From Marsupella aquatica (taxonomy: Eukaryota > Plantae > Marchantiophyta): a DNA stretch of 64,000 nt. The DNA lies in NCBI GenBank assembly GCA_973895155.1, contig OZ316891.1:24241899-24305898 (forward strand), written 5' to 3'. The position numbers and the translations under genes are program-made. This document shows, piece by piece, positions 12,259 through 26,234 of the stretch. How positions within the stretch are numbered: the stretch's first letter is position 1; each line of letters opens with the position of its first letter. The notes below the pieces were generated by a model. That model ran no database searches, had not been told where the DNA came from, and was given only the letters and a program-made list of their open reading frames with translations.

Positions 12259-15254
12259 GTCACTATAAGTTGGACAGATGAACCTCATTTGGGAGAGACT
12301 CAGTCTGACGATGGCTATACTTCTGATTTTTCAGACTCTACTCTTATTATTAGAGCTCATGATTTTAATTCCTTAGAAGTAGGTTATTTGGATATTTTTG
12401 AGACAGAAGAGGACCCAATCAGAGAGGGAGATACTAATAACACTTCCTGACGCGAGGCCATTGAAGGGGAATCAATCAGAGAAGATAACCCTGAATATGA
12501 CAAAGAACCACCCTGGGAGGCTGAATTTTCAGACAACACTGACGGTATTGTAGATCCTCGAAAATGTCAGAAGATTGAAATAGAGCCAGGGAAGTTTCTA
12601 AATATTAGTAACCATATTACAGGTGAGTTAAGAGAGAAGTATATTGACCTGTTGACTCAATACAAGGATGTTTTTGCGTGGAGTCACAAAGATCTTAAAG
12701 GAATACCACCCCATCTGGGTGAACACCGAATTGACTTGATAGAAGGAGGTGTACCAGTGAGACATAGGCAATACCGCCTAAATCCTAAATACTCTATGTT
12801 GGTTAAAGAAGAACTGGACAAATTAACAGAGGCAGGATTTATTTACCCTGTACTTAGTAGTGATTGGGTCTCATCTATCGTCATTGTTCCTAAGAAACCT
12901 GGACCGGATGGGAAGCCTAAGATAAGGGTGTGTCAGGATTTTCGAAAACTTAATGCAGCCACCAGAAAAGATCATTACCCTCTACCCTTTATAGATTTAG
13001 TCCTTGATTTAGTTGCTTCTCATGAATTATATAGTTTCCTGGATGGATACTCTGGCTATAACCAGGTGTCAATCACAGAGGAAGATCGTGACAAGACTAC
13101 CTTCACCACGGATTGGGGTACCTATGCTTTTTGTGTTATGCCCTTTGGCTTGTGTAATGCCCCTGGTACATTCCAACGGATCATGATGATCATCTTTCAG
13201 GACTTCCTCAGAATTTTTTTAGAGATTTTCATTGATGACTTTTGTGTATATGGAGCGGCCTTAAGACACCTTAACCATTTGCAACTGACGTTTCAAAGAT
13301 GCCGGGAGTCACAATTATGTTTACATCCAGATAAATGCTTTATCGGAATGCGAGAAGGAATTCTGCTGGGACATGTTATATCCCAACGAGGAATTGAAGT
13401 GGATGCTGAGAAAGTTTGAATTATTTTGGCATTACAACCACCTGAAAATTTAAAGGAATTGCGAGGTTTTTTGGGGTATGTAGGTTATTACAGGCGTTTT
13501 ATAAGAAAATATGCTGACCTCGCCATGCCTCTAACCCAACTACTTAAAAAAGATATAGAATATAACTGGACAGATGAAAGGCAGCAAGCTTTTGAGGCAT
13601 TAAAACACAAGTTAACCACTGCCCCTATCCTTCAACCACCAGACTGGCAGAAAACCTTTCATGTTTTTTATTGATGCTTCAGCGTATTGTGTGGGAGCTG
13701 CCTTGAGTCAACTCGATGACGATAAGAAGGACCATCCTATATATTACGCCAGTAGACAAATGAATAGTGCTGAAAGAAACTACACTATGACAGAACGAGA
13801 AGCCTTAGCAGTTATTTTTTCCTGCAAAAAATTCAGGCATTATCTATTGGGGTATAAAACTATATTTCACACTGATCATTCCTCTCTGAAGTATTTGGTT
13901 AATCAACCAGATTTAAGTGGCCGAATTGCGAGATGGGTACTTTTATTACAGGAATATGACTATGAGGTACAAGTTCGAGCTGGTAAACACCATGAAAACG
14001 CAGATTTTTTATCTCGGCTCCCTGGTAAAATGTATTTTGAACCATTATCAGATCAATTCCCTGATGAGCATTTGTGGCATTTGGAAAGAGAAGAATCTGA
14101 TATGGATTAATCATGGACATTCAATACACCAGCAAGCTCACTTCCTTCATTGCATTGTGGGAGTGGAAATCTCTCCCTATGTAGTACATGGTATGGCGGT
14201 TATGTAACCTCCTATGTTCTAGTGTAAATAGGGTTAGGGTTTTGTCCCTTATAACAGAATCTAGATATTTTGAAATAGTCCAGATGCTTGTTCATGGAAC
14301 TTATCCACCTGGTTTGAATGCCGAAGAAAAAGCGGTTTTTCTACACAAAGTTGGGCCATACACTTTGGTAAAAGGAGTTCTATTTAAGTTATTGCCAAAT
14401 CAAAAGCTCCATCGCTGTTTAGAACCTCGAGAAGTTTTGCGAGTCATTTCAGCTTTACATACTGAAGCCTCTGGAGGTCATTATGCTGTAAATACCATTG
14501 TGAAGAAGATTAAAGACGCTGGATTCTGGTGGCCTACAATGCACAAGGATACCTATGAGTACATCCAGAGTTGTGATCCATGTCAACGAGTTGGTAAACC
14601 CACTGCCACATCTAAATGGCCATTAACTCCTATTCTTCCACTTTCTCCATTTGAAAAATGGGGTATAGACTTTATTGGACCAATTACTCCTGCTGCTAGG
14701 TTTAGTCAAAGCCGCTACATCATCTTGGCTACAGATTATCTTACAAAGTGGGTAGAAGCTAAACATACAAGGAAAAATGATGCTACTACTGCTGCAAGTT
14801 TCTTATTTGAAAACATCATTACCAGGTATGGTTGCCCCCTTGAGCTAGTCAGCGACCGAGGTTTACATTTTCTTAATGAGACCATTGAACTTATTACAAA
14901 TAAGTATTTGATTAAACATCGCAAGACTACACCTTACAACCCCAGAGCTAATGGATTGACTGAACGAGCAAATGGATTAATGGGAAAAATTTAAACAAAA
15001 TGGTGGAAGCACATAAGACTGATTGGGATGTCAAACTCCACTCAGCATTATGGGCCTACAGAACAGCAGAAAAGATTACCACTTTGAGGACTCCATTCTA
15101 TTTAACTTTTGGTTTGGATAGTATTGTACCCATCGAATTTGAAATCCCTACTGAGAGAATTCTCATTGATGAAAGAATGTCAGAATCGGAAAGTCTTCAG
15201 ATGAGGTTGGACAAATTAGATGAACTAGAAGAACACAGACTCTTGGCTATGTAA
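12259..15254 (+). pseudogene. pol: Gypsy-B pol (RT-RNase H-integrase), disrupted and C-terminally truncated
   Basis: RT CQDFRKLN, LDGYSGYNQ, MPFGLCNAP, FIDD; RH DAS...EREAL...TDH; INT HHCC, WGIDF, SDRG, PYNPRANGLTER. Stops, frameshifts and a 159-bp insertion; GPY/F tail absent. Confidence 0.93.
14098..14256. mobile_element. 159-bp solo LTR (copia/TRIM-sized) inserted in Gypsy-B pol
   Basis: TG...CA termini (TGATAT...ATAACA), perfect 5-bp TSD GAATC (14093-14097, 14257-14261); excision restores HLEREES-RYFEIVQML, matching Gypsy-C HVEGEDSLYFDIVQML. Confidence 0.88.
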
Positions 15255-15379
15255 GTAGTGAGTAATTCCAAAAGTATAAAGAAATTGGGAATTTTAAATT
15301 TTTTTGAGGTATTTAAACTATGTTTACTGCTAACCGTAGAGTAAACTGCATTCCGACTAAACTCTGACAATTTACAAGT

Positions 15380-15605
15380 CGCTAAGTAAACTTCTTACGA
15401 GTTTACTAGTTTACTTCTTACGAGTTTACTAGTTTACGGGTTGACGAGTATCGACAACGAGTGTAATTAGTGGATTACGGGCTTATGAGTTGACGACTTA
15501 CGAGTTAAGGGTTACGAGTTTGAGGTGTGCGGAGGAGTCTTACGATCGCAACGTCTTACGGCTATCTCAACGGACCTTTCTACGAGTTGGGAGTATGCGA
15601 CGAGA
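15380..15605 (+). repeat. Cluster of TTACGAG/TTTACTAG motifs upstream of eORF-B
   Basis: Repeated ttacgagtttactagtttac; a matching cluster lies at 36461-36590. Confidence 0.8.
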
Positions 15606-15715
15606 GCGGCTGAAGCGCAATAGAGAAACGCGCCTTGTTAAGATCTCTTCTACCTCTATCTTATTCCACAATCTTAGTAGCAACTCGAGCAGCAAGAACA
15701 TCCGGAGAACCAGCT

Positions 15716-16673
15716 ATGGCAGACCTTGGAGCTGATGAGCAGTACCGCGTTGAATCCCTGGTGTTTCCCAAGGCAGTGTTGGTCCGGATTCCACAGGCGC
15801 CCGATAGCTACGCCAATTTAAGAATGACGCTGCAGCAGCTGGGGTTAGAACTCCTCTTGCATATACCATGGAATGTGGAGTTAGACACATACTTGCAAGA
15901 TTTTGTCAAAGGCACTACTATTTCCCCTGAATTCCATCAAACAATCCGAGCTCGACCAAGTTTGTGGACAATAGAACAAATTTCTTTTGCCTTCAGTTGC
16001 TCATCAGAAGGATCGGCGTTGTATTCCAAGAAGAAGGACTTGTCATCTCCTTACTTCTCTGGAATCAGAAACCTCACAAATGGATGGAATCTGACTCAGT
16101 GCAATTACCCTGATCTGAGAATTCTTTTGGAATTTCTAGTACCCATTCTCCATCCGAAAAAGCCAACTATCTGCCCTGTGTCCTTGGCCAACACTATTGT
16201 AGCTGCTCACAGTGGAGTTATAAAAGTAAATTGGGCCCTACTTTTATTTAACGTTATGAAAGATCAAGTAAGGAGCTTGAAAGCAGGGAGGACTACTTAC
16301 TTACAGCATTATCTCTCTCAACTCTATTATACCTATGACTGTTTACATTTCAAGGAGAGAACAGAAAGTGGATTACTTATGATCGAGATGGGCATTGAGG
16401 AAGAAATCGATGTGGAAGAACCAGTGGATGCCATTTCCCTGAAATCCAATGATGAGGATATTGATATGGATATAGAAAATGTATCTGTAGGAGAACTTGA
16501 AGCTTTGCCTGAACACAACTTGGAGTTAGTCCAACATCCTCTGAATAACCAAGTGTACTCACGAGAAGTCAGCATGGGAGAACAACCTGCAGCTAACGAA
16601 GATGAAGAGGATGAAGACCTCTTTGAGCAACAAGAGCATATTGCGGAACCAACTATTGCTGTCATCCTAAGGA
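15716..16673 (+). pseudogene. eORF-B, 5' part (LTR-located extra gene split by CACTA)
   Basis: Homologous to eORF-C (TIRARPSLWT/TIRAQPKLWT; GWNLTQC/GWSVNQC; LEFLVPILHPKKP/LAFLVPLLYPEKP); rejoins 34783-36254 in frame. Confidence 0.85.
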
Positions 16674-17620
16674 CACTAGAAGGAAATGATGTTTTTATTA
16701 CTGAAAAAATGACTAGCTTATGAGTGGTTTGGGACAATTTACAACTCATTCATTTGAGTTCACAAAGGCAAGTCGCTTTGGTATAGTAGTCATTTTGGAC
16801 ATAGAGTTGTTTTTATCAACAACTGCAAATTGCAGGTTGTTTATGACACCGTCCATTGGGAGACTGACGGTCTTAAATAACTCAAAATCTTAGTTGAATT
16901 GTGTTTCGTTAAAAAGAACTGATGGTCTTAAATAACTCAAAATCAGAGTTGAATTGTGTTATGACTCATCAAATAAGGAAACGACATGTGTCTAAAGCCA
17001 TCAAATAGCATTTAGACATGTGGAAGGTCTGAGCCACACAAACCAAATTACAAGTGGACACGTGTCTCCTTTATATCATCCCAGCAGCCAACAGGTGACA
17101 CTTTGATAGCTTAATTCCTAGTAGGGTACACGTGGAGATAATTGTAGTTATTTAGGACATGTTTATAATGACTACTATTAGAGTGATTTTGTTGATGTCT
17201 TATATTACCAATATTTGAGTCTTTTCCGCTCAGTCATTTATGACTTCATGGAAGTTATTTAGTTAGTCCTTTGTGTCATTTCATAATTGGACCAATTCTC
17301 CCAATTGGTCCTATTTCCAATCATCCTGAAAAATTGTCTAGCTAGAAAGACATGTCTTAGAAATCAACTGCAAGAGGATATATACATTGCAAATATACAC
17401 AAAAAGCCATTGAATGAATATAAAATTCTGCATAGAGACTGTAGACTTCATTTCACCCCCAATGTACAGGTGATCGACTGTTCAGAATCACAGTAAAGTA
17501 TTTCCTAGATGAACTAATCACAAAACAAGTCTATTGGCCAACTCAGCTTGTGCATCAAAACTACTCGAGCTTGAACCAAAGAGCTCAAGTCACTACATTC
17601 TATCAAAAAACAACTCCTTG

Positions 17621-20600
17621 CTACTTCCTCATCAACTTCTGGTACCACAAGAAATGTTTGTTGCCCACATCCTTCAGAAATTTGACCTGAGAGTTTGGAT
17701 GCTCTTTCTCAAGTAGAGGTGCATCCTGTTCAAACCTTTCATTTGCAATCACGATCAAATGTCCTGGTGGAATTTCATTGCCATTGTAAAAATCTTGCCC
17801 CCAGACTCCCTGCACTATTGCAAGAGCAACAACCCGAGAGTCCACTGGGGACTTCAATTTCACCACGTCCCCAATCTTGAACTGCCAGCAGTAAATCAAT
17901 ATATTACGGCTAATTTAATTAGAGACCATATTTTTAATCTGCGGTGCCAATGAACCCTTGGCTTGCAACAATACTGATGCGCGCCATTTCAAGGGATGTA
18001 ATCACTGCTAAGTGAATCATGCATAATGCAGGATAGTGAACAGATGCAAAATGATAGTAATTAATTTAGAAAAGGAGAAATCTATGAAGATTGTCACCTT
18101 CAACACAGTTGGTGAAGACGCTGACTTCAGAACATCCGTACTTAGAGGTCTTGAAGGGGTTGGGTGTTCTGAGATTGTTTCATTGCCCTCTTCAAGAGCC
18201 TGCATGATTCCCACCTTTGGCATCTGATCAAAGGAAAAATTAGACAAACTTAGACTGAGAGCATAGAGTCAGGTGTGCATATATATTGGACTGAAAAAAA
18301 TTCTACATACTGTGCATATTCCACTCGAACATCCACCATCCACGTACAAGACATAGAGCTAATTTGTAAGAACACAGGCCTGAGAAAACTTTGAATGTAC
18401 ACAATTCCTGAGCCCCTGCGCTAAGCACCTTGTCACAAAGTTTGCATCTATACTATGAGATAGTTGAGTGCAGCACAAAAACCTTACCTTTCCTTTAGGT
18501 TTTCGGCCCTTGCCTGTCTTAGGAGTTAGTTGAGGTGAACTGGAGATAAGGACCTTTGTGGGATCATCTAAGACCTCCTGCTTTACAGTCACAGAGTGAC
18601 TATACTCCGCATCGTCCATCAGGTCTTTCTGCTCCGCACCTTCCTCACTGACATGGACATATATTATTCAATTTTTCAGATGATCGAAATGCTTTTACAA
18701 ATCATTTGCATTACAATGATTTTACAAAATTAAGCTCTTAATTTTCGATCACCCAGAGCAAATGGTCATGACCTAGCTTAGAGTACAAATTAGACAGACA
18801 TACCGTCTTTGGACAGATCCACAAAATTCAACTTCATTGCAGAACTCTTTGGTGCTGAAGTGCCCGATGCAGCCTTAATTGTGGAAGTGGGTAGGCTTGA
18901 CGTACCAAGTGCTCCAGGTCCACCACCCCCATCTTGGGAAGCTTCAATATTGATACCTACCCCTCCTACATGAGATGTCTCCTTTTGATGCAAAACACTC
19001 ATATGTTGCTGGTAATTTCCCAAGCTCTCTGCAATTGTCTTAGCCACCAGTGCCAACCCAGCAGCTAAAGTAGTATTGATAGAACTGGTTATTTTCTCAC
19101 AAATCACTTCATCATTTCGCTCAACTACAAGGTTGGATACAGGTGTCTGGAAAACCACAGTGAGTAAAAAAATTAGCCATATACAGCCACTTTGTGTCCT
19201 CTTAAAATATTACCCGAGACAGGTGTACTTACAATATGGAAAGGAAGAGAAAGAAACTCACGATTGAGTTCCTCCCTAGCTGGTGAGCAGGTGTACCAAG
19301 GATGGACTTAGTACTTGCCAAGGATGGGCTTACATCTGACCTCCAACCCAAACCATTTGCTTTGTCATCAAAAGGATTAGGTCGAAGGTCTGATAGACCT
19401 GGGCTATGACCTCTCTGCCTCTTCTGAAAAAGGCAGGAACAACTATCAGCACAATAATGCAATCAAACATTTATCAGCACACTCAGAGAATGTATGGCAC
19501 AAACTGAAAGATGATCATGTCATAAGGGTTAGCACACTCACATAAATTGCCTCCCTCCCACGATAGCCACCTCGTCCAACTTTAGATGGATTCTTCACTT
19601 CTGCTCTCGCTCTAGTCATTTTCTGAATGTTGGTTAGTCCTTTTGGGGACAACCACCACTCACAAAGTGCTTTCCATTGCTCAGGCTTGACATTTTCAGG
19701 AGGCTTCTTGTCCAAGCGCTTCCCAATCGCTTGAAAATGCTTGTGAAGTTTTGCACGTTGAGCCTTCATTATTTTTGACAAGTGGGACCTGAACTTCTTC
19801 TCAGACAAAGTCCCCCCTACATACTGCCAATTAGTAGCCATCACATCATACAAATGGATAATAATGTCCTTGTCTTGCTTAGCAATGTTACGCACGGAAG
19901 GGTCGAGTCTGCCAACACAAGCTGCACGAAGGTCGTCTGCCCAACGTCCCCGGAACTGGTCACTTGCATCAATATCGTCATTCCAAATCTGCACACGAGA
20001 CATCATTGTCGATTGTGATTGATTCAAACTAACCGATGCTGTCAGTAGGATAAAGGTCGGGGCTGTTTCCAACTTCTATTTAAAAATTGGCAAGCATCCT
20101 ATTTTGATCCTATGTTGATCTGCTAGAAGAGTTTGAATTAAAGTTGGCATGATACCTGAATACTTGCTTTCTTCATGCCCATTTTACTTCGCTCAGCTGT
20201 GTGATCCACCCAATGTTTCTTTGCAGCTCGAGACATCTGCCGCATAATTGACTGTTGGGACGGTCCACTTGCACTGGCCATCATAGCACTTCCCTGAGGG
20301 ATAGGGGTCACTACAATATCAAAGATTTACATCTTAGTTCAGACTTAGAATTTGCCACCTATATACTTGAACCCTGACTTGAACTTGGCATTAAGCCTTG
20401 CAACATACATTGACAAGTAATTAACAGCCATGGTCATCCCATCATATTTTACATTCAATCACAATCATAGGCTGTGTCATATTCAAATTCATACATAGCT
20501 AATGTAAAGAAGCTAGTATAGGTGGAAACTTACGCAAGCTGACAACTCCCGTGATGGGATCTTTATAATACTTAGCAGAGGTGTGTGAGACAGCCTGAAA

Positions 20601-21022
20601 CAATATACAGTCAACAATCAGTACATTTACTAAATATCTTCAATATTCTTATAAGTTGCGGACATATTTCATATATTAGTAAGATATAGCACCATAATTG
20701 GTGTCCTTCACAGCACAGCAAAAAAATGAAAAATTAATTAGACACGTACCCCTGGGCGTTGTTTGTCCCCAATGGTTATCTCGTCGTCACAATTCCCCCA
20801 GTCGGCGCCTCCCTCATTCCTAGAGTCACTGTAAGGTGTACCTTCTGACCGCTCACTGCCCTCAATATCTGAGCCGTTGTCTGCCATAGTTGGTATGTTC
20901 ATCGCTTGCTGCCTTGCACTCTTCCTTGTTGGTAGAGAAGGTACCTGCAATTGCGCTGGTTTCTTTCTATAAACACGTTTCGTTTTGCTTCTTCCCACAC
21001 CTTCTGAACTGCCTTTCATCAA
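17621..21022 (-). CDS. CACTA TnpA-like multi-exon gene (Ptta/Transposase_24-like motif; C-terminal Tnp1/Transposase_23-like domain)
   Basis: Exon-like ORFs 21022-20738, 20072-19515 (QWKALCEWWLSPK...RARAEVKNPSKVGRGGY), 19462-19229, 19158-18790, 18619-18359 and 17899-17621 (VVALAIVQ...EIPPGHLIV...DAPL); GT donors visible. Exact splicing not resolved. Confidence 0.7.
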
Positions 21023-21386
21023 CCCAAACTAATGTTAATTAATGTCATTCATGCAAATTTTCAAAGGCCACATTATTTAACAATGCCAATAGCAATTCCC
21101 AGGCCACTGGACGCATTCAAATTCTACTCTAATGTTAATCATATAAAGATTGACATAAGGTGGACTACCAAAGTTGGGAGGGACTATATATTCAAGACCT
21201 GTTCAAATCTGCCGCAGATTTTCCAATCACAGCTACAATGAAGGCGTTGTTTGCTTTTATGTTCCTCAATCTCTCCAACTCATAGGCCGTGAGTTCAGCA
21301 TTTGACTCTTCTGGGGACTCATCAGCCGAATCCAAGACCGAATCACTTGAGTTCTGCATCCACACACTACCAACATAGCCACACGG

Positions 21387-24300
21387 TTACTCTTCCTCAG
21401 AATCTTCCTCATCTTCCCAAACATCATCCTGTATTATCTCTTCAACTGATTCATCTGTCACCCTTGCAACTGTTTGTTGAGCGACTAAGCTCTCTCCTTC
21501 CTCCAATGGCACAGCTCGGTTAGCAGCTGCAACAAGCTCCGCTTCAACTACCTCGTGATGGTCTACAAGATCATTGTATTCAACATCATAGATACCCTCA
21601 ACAACTCTACGAGACCTTCCCTCCTTATGAAGGACATGCCTCCATGAGGTTCTAGCCTCGTTAGGATAGAAGAAAACTTGCTCAACTTGACCAGGCAAGA
21701 CATAGTCTAACTTCTCGGCTGCAGGATAAGGCATGTTAAAGTTGGCCAGCCAGAGACCAGTTTCATCATGTTTCATAGATGGACCAGTATTGTCTGGTCC
21801 CCACTTTGACCGGACCCATTTTGCCTTGAGGATAATGGCTGGTTCTAAACGCAATAGTGGTCCATAGTCAAGTTTAAGAATCTGGGTGAGAACCCCAACG
21901 TAGGTTTGCTTAGCCAAAGCAACTCCTGACTGATCCCTTCTCTGCTCGTGGAAAGTGGTGGCCAACCCACTGTCAAATGTAGCGTACCCTTGACAATCTG
22001 TGTCCCTAAGATGGGATAGCTCACGCCAACTACCATCCCTTCCTTTACAGCGCATTACCCTGTAATGATTTCCATAAGCCTTCATTGAAGTATACGTCAG
22101 ACCATGCTGGCTTGGGGGAAAGGAAATAGCCGTCAACAACAACTTGTTTTCATCATCATCAAGGTTAGCTTCGGAAATCTCATTCCTAAACCAAACCCCA
22201 AAGGGAATTCCCTCCAATTCTTGAGGATAAGTTGCTGCTCTACGACTGCGTGGAGGCCGTGTCTGGTTATTTTGTTGGACAAAAGCTTCCCTCTGTCTTC
22301 TTCTCTCTTCCTCTGCATTCTCATAGAGCCTGCAAACCAATCCAAAAACGTACAATATCAACCACTAATTACAATATCTGAATAATTATCAGCAAGTTAC
22401 AAAGTGTGTCATAAATAATAGTTGCGCAAGTAACAATTTACCTCAACCATGGTGTTACCAACAAATTATTCTGTAGGTAGTATGTATGAGCAGCATCTCG
22501 ATCTACCACAGTCAGAGTGACTTTGCATGAGGCCCCTTCCAACACCACCCCTTTAACTCCTTCCTCCTCTTCAGCATCCCAAACACGCCTCCTTGTAGAT
22601 TGGCAGTCTACCATATACTCTGACACAAATCCTAAAGCCTCTTCGAGAATGTATCCTTCTGCCATTGATGCCTCTGGTCGTGCCTTGTTCCGTACAAAAC
22701 CCTTCAGATTCTTGAGGTATCGCTCAACTGGATACATCCATCTTTGTGATACAGGCCCACAAATGTCCAACTCTTCCACTATATGCACCATGAGATGAGT
22801 CATAACATCAAAAAAGGACGAAGGGAAATGCATTTCCAAAGCACAGAGTGTTTGTGCTACATCTTTCATCAACGCATCCTTTGTTGTAGGGTCCCAAAGT
22901 TTACAGCAAATCTTACGCCAAACTCTGCACACACTCACAATGGCCAATCGGGGTCCCTTGTCCATCAAATTCCTCAATGCCAATGGAAGGATCTGCTGCA
23001 TTAGGCAATGATAATCGTGAGATTTCATACCTGCCAGCTTATTGCTAGGCCGCACACACTTAGCTAATGAGCTGCCAAAGTCTATGGGAACTTTCAGACA
23101 CTTCAAGGTTCCCAGAAATTGTGTGAGCTCTGATTTGCTCATGACATATGGTGCCTTGGGTTTCACAAAGTGATCTTTTTTCTGGTTTGGATGAGGCTTC
23201 ATCCACAATTGCTCACGAACACCTTCAGCTTGCATATCATTCCGGACAGCAGCAGTGTCCTTCTTCCCAGAAGTTGTGTGGATAAGATTATGCGCAATGT
23301 TTTTCTCCGTGTGCATTGGATCAAGGACATGATTGATCAGAAGTTTTTGCGCGCCAGATATAATAGAACATGAGTAACAAGTTATAAACATGAGAGCAAA
23401 GTCTTGACCAGTCATTTCTTGTGGCCAAATAGATTCATCTACCTTCAAAATGCATAGGCGACGGATACAAAGAAAAATAAACTGACTCTGGCCATTGTGG
23501 CTCCCCTGCCATAATAAAAAAACAACGATTGGTAGTGGGCTTTTCCCAAAATTTTCCCATCCCAATTGCAGTGGCCAGAGTCGACTAATTTAGAATACAA
23601 TTTAGAATACTAATGAAGAAATAGTTCTGTTAGTAACAAAATTGTAGGGTTTTGAGCAAACTCTATGGGTTTTTAAAGTTATCTTAGTCTTTCCAAGGAA
23701 GTGAAGTGGACAGGTAGCGATAGCAGATTGAGGCAACATGACCCGTAAGATAAGCAACTCTACATCGTGGTTCCTGGCCTTGGACGGCACCACAAGAAAT
23801 AGAAAGGGCACTATGATGACCAGGAAAGGAGGAATCATACGACAGGCCCTTACTGCTTATCAGAATGAATTAGATTTTAATTTAGATTCTAAAGTTTTGC
23901 AGGCAGCCCTTCAAACGGTTGTAGGTAGCATCGAGAACTACTACAAAGCATTATTAATCATATCTCGCTAGTTCAAACATTAATTTACGCATACTGCAAT
24001 CTTAAAACAAAACAATATATTCTAATCGTTTGATTCATTCATTTGCACATGCCTACACAAAAACAAATACTAAAAACCCAAAAAGTACCAGGTCATCAAA
24101 GCAGGGGTAAGAGACCCTTGGAGAACTAACTGAAGAGCCGACTAGGCAAAGACCCAATTCTACAGATGCCTGTCCTCGCAGCCCCCACAATCAATCCAAG
24201 AGCCAGACTGCCTGCCAGCTAAGAGATTGCCAAACATCTATGCGACTTAGCACATTACACACTGTAATTAAACACTGTGGGCCTGTTCCCTCACAAAGAC

Positions 24301-26234
24301 CAAGAATGTGCTCGAGCAAAACTGATGAATAGCTGTTCAATTCAAACTTCCACACGAAAGAGTCTTGTAGATAACTAGTTTAAATAAGAGAGATAAGAAA
24401 AGGTAAAGTGATAACTCACAGTCCAATATGGCAGCATGGCAAGACCCTGTTTCCTCTTGACTCCATGCAGCTTTGATGGGCAGTGCTTGCTTCCTTGCTT
24501 GGCCCCTTCTTTTTTCAGAAACTCTTCAACTTCAGCAGCATAAGCCAGCTTTAGCTCGCATGTCATCCTGGGGGGAGGGCCTCGTGACTCTATCTTTCCA
24601 TCAAACTTTGCAGCATAGTCAGGAGTACGATACTTGTGATTGGCCTCCAGCCATCTACGGCTTCCAGGGAACACATTTTTTGATAGAGACTGGGACCTTC
24701 TACAAGTGACATTGGGTCCACACACTACACAACCATGGTATCCTTTGGTCACTTGACCAGAAATGAGGCCCAAAGCTGGATAGTCATTCACTGTCCATAA
24801 TAGAATGGCCCTCAGTGTAAACCACTTTTGTTTACCCGGCCTATCTAGTGCATCAAAGCACTTGACTCCTTTCCAGAGCTCTGAAAGCTCTTCTATTAGT
24901 GGGGCCATGTAGATATCTATGTTACGATCAGTTATAGATTCAGGTCCAGGAATCAGTAAAGACAGCATAATAAAAAACTTCTTAGTAGACAACCAGGGAG
25001 GTAAATTGTAATTTAATAACATTACGGGCCATGTGGAATGCTTTAGATTGTTCTCACCAAACGGGTTTACACCATCCAAGGCTAATCCAAGATGAACATT
25101 CCGTGGCTCACTCTCAAAAGTATCATCTATATTAGCTTCAATTTCTGCCCAAGCCCTTGAATCTGCTACGTGACGGACCTTTCCATCCTTGCTCTTATTG
25201 TCTGCATGCCAGGTCATGAGCTCCGAAATGGCTTTACATCTATACATGCGTCTCAGTCTTGGTATGAGGGGAAAGTGACGGAGAACTTTGACTGCCTGCT
25301 TTGACTGCCCAACCTGCTTGTACCTAGGTTTTTTGCAGGTTGGACAGTGATCGCACTCTAATAAATCCTTTCTGAACAAAACACACCCATCCTCACAAGC
25401 ATGGATTTTGACATAATCTAATCCAAGATGACCAATGAGCTTCTTACATGCGTACAGATTCTTAGGAAGCAAATGCTTTGATGGCATAGTGTGTTTTGCC
25501 ATCAAGGAAAGAAGCTCATCAACACCTGAGTTAGTAAACCCGTTGTTATGGCAGGTGTTCAGAAAGGTCAATACAAAGGACAGCTGGGAAGTATTGCACC
25601 CCTCATATAGAGGCGCACATGCCTCTGTAAAGGCATTCATCATTCTTTCTTCTGACTCTTGATCCCAACACTCCTCTCGACTAGTCTGCTCCTGAGGTGT
25701 GGAAGTTGTGGACTCCAAGAGCTCATCCATATTAAACATCTCTTCCCCACTTCTCTCTGGATTTTCCCTCGAAGGACTTTCATCTACAGGATCACTTGGA
25801 TGGTTTTCCACTGGCAATGCCAAATCCTCCAACAACCGGGGAATTTCCATATCACAGGTTACATCAATGACAGACCCTCCTATAGCTCCAGTATCTATAT
25901 TGCTACCCTCTGATGGAGGATTGACCTCGCATAAGTGTTCATTCCACTCCTCATCTGATGTGTCACATTCATCCCCCCACCAATGTCGCTGAGATGGATG
26001 TCGGGAGTACAGTAACAGGTGCTTCTTGACTGTGTGAACACTCACACGGTTACCCCTACAGTTGCAAATGGTGCAAGGGCACTTTATCTTCCCTATACTT
26101 GCAGACCTACAAGCAGCCAGTTGTCGACGCCATAATTTGTCATCCCTAATATGCAACTGAAGATCACTCCTTCGGAAGTCTCTGAATAGCCGAGACTGTC
26201 CAAAGCCTACACGATTGGCACTCATCTTTGCCAA
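21387..26234 (-). CDS. CACTA TnpD/Tnp2 transposase (about 3 exons)
   Basis: Exon 26234-24420: IHAC..GCVLF..CPTC, EPRNVHLGLALDGVNPF, TWPVMLLNYNLPPW, WTVNDYPA. Exon about 23346-22441: DPMHTEKN, GMKSHDYH, RWMYPVERYL (DUF4218-like). Exon about 22330-21387: YVGVLTQILKLDY, QVEQVFFY (DUF4216-like). Confidence 0.93.

Noticed and set aside
14229-14243. Telomeric repeat seeds (also 50611-50620 and 32041-32050)
   Set aside because: Only one or two units; telo-box-like motifs common in plant LTRs and promoters.
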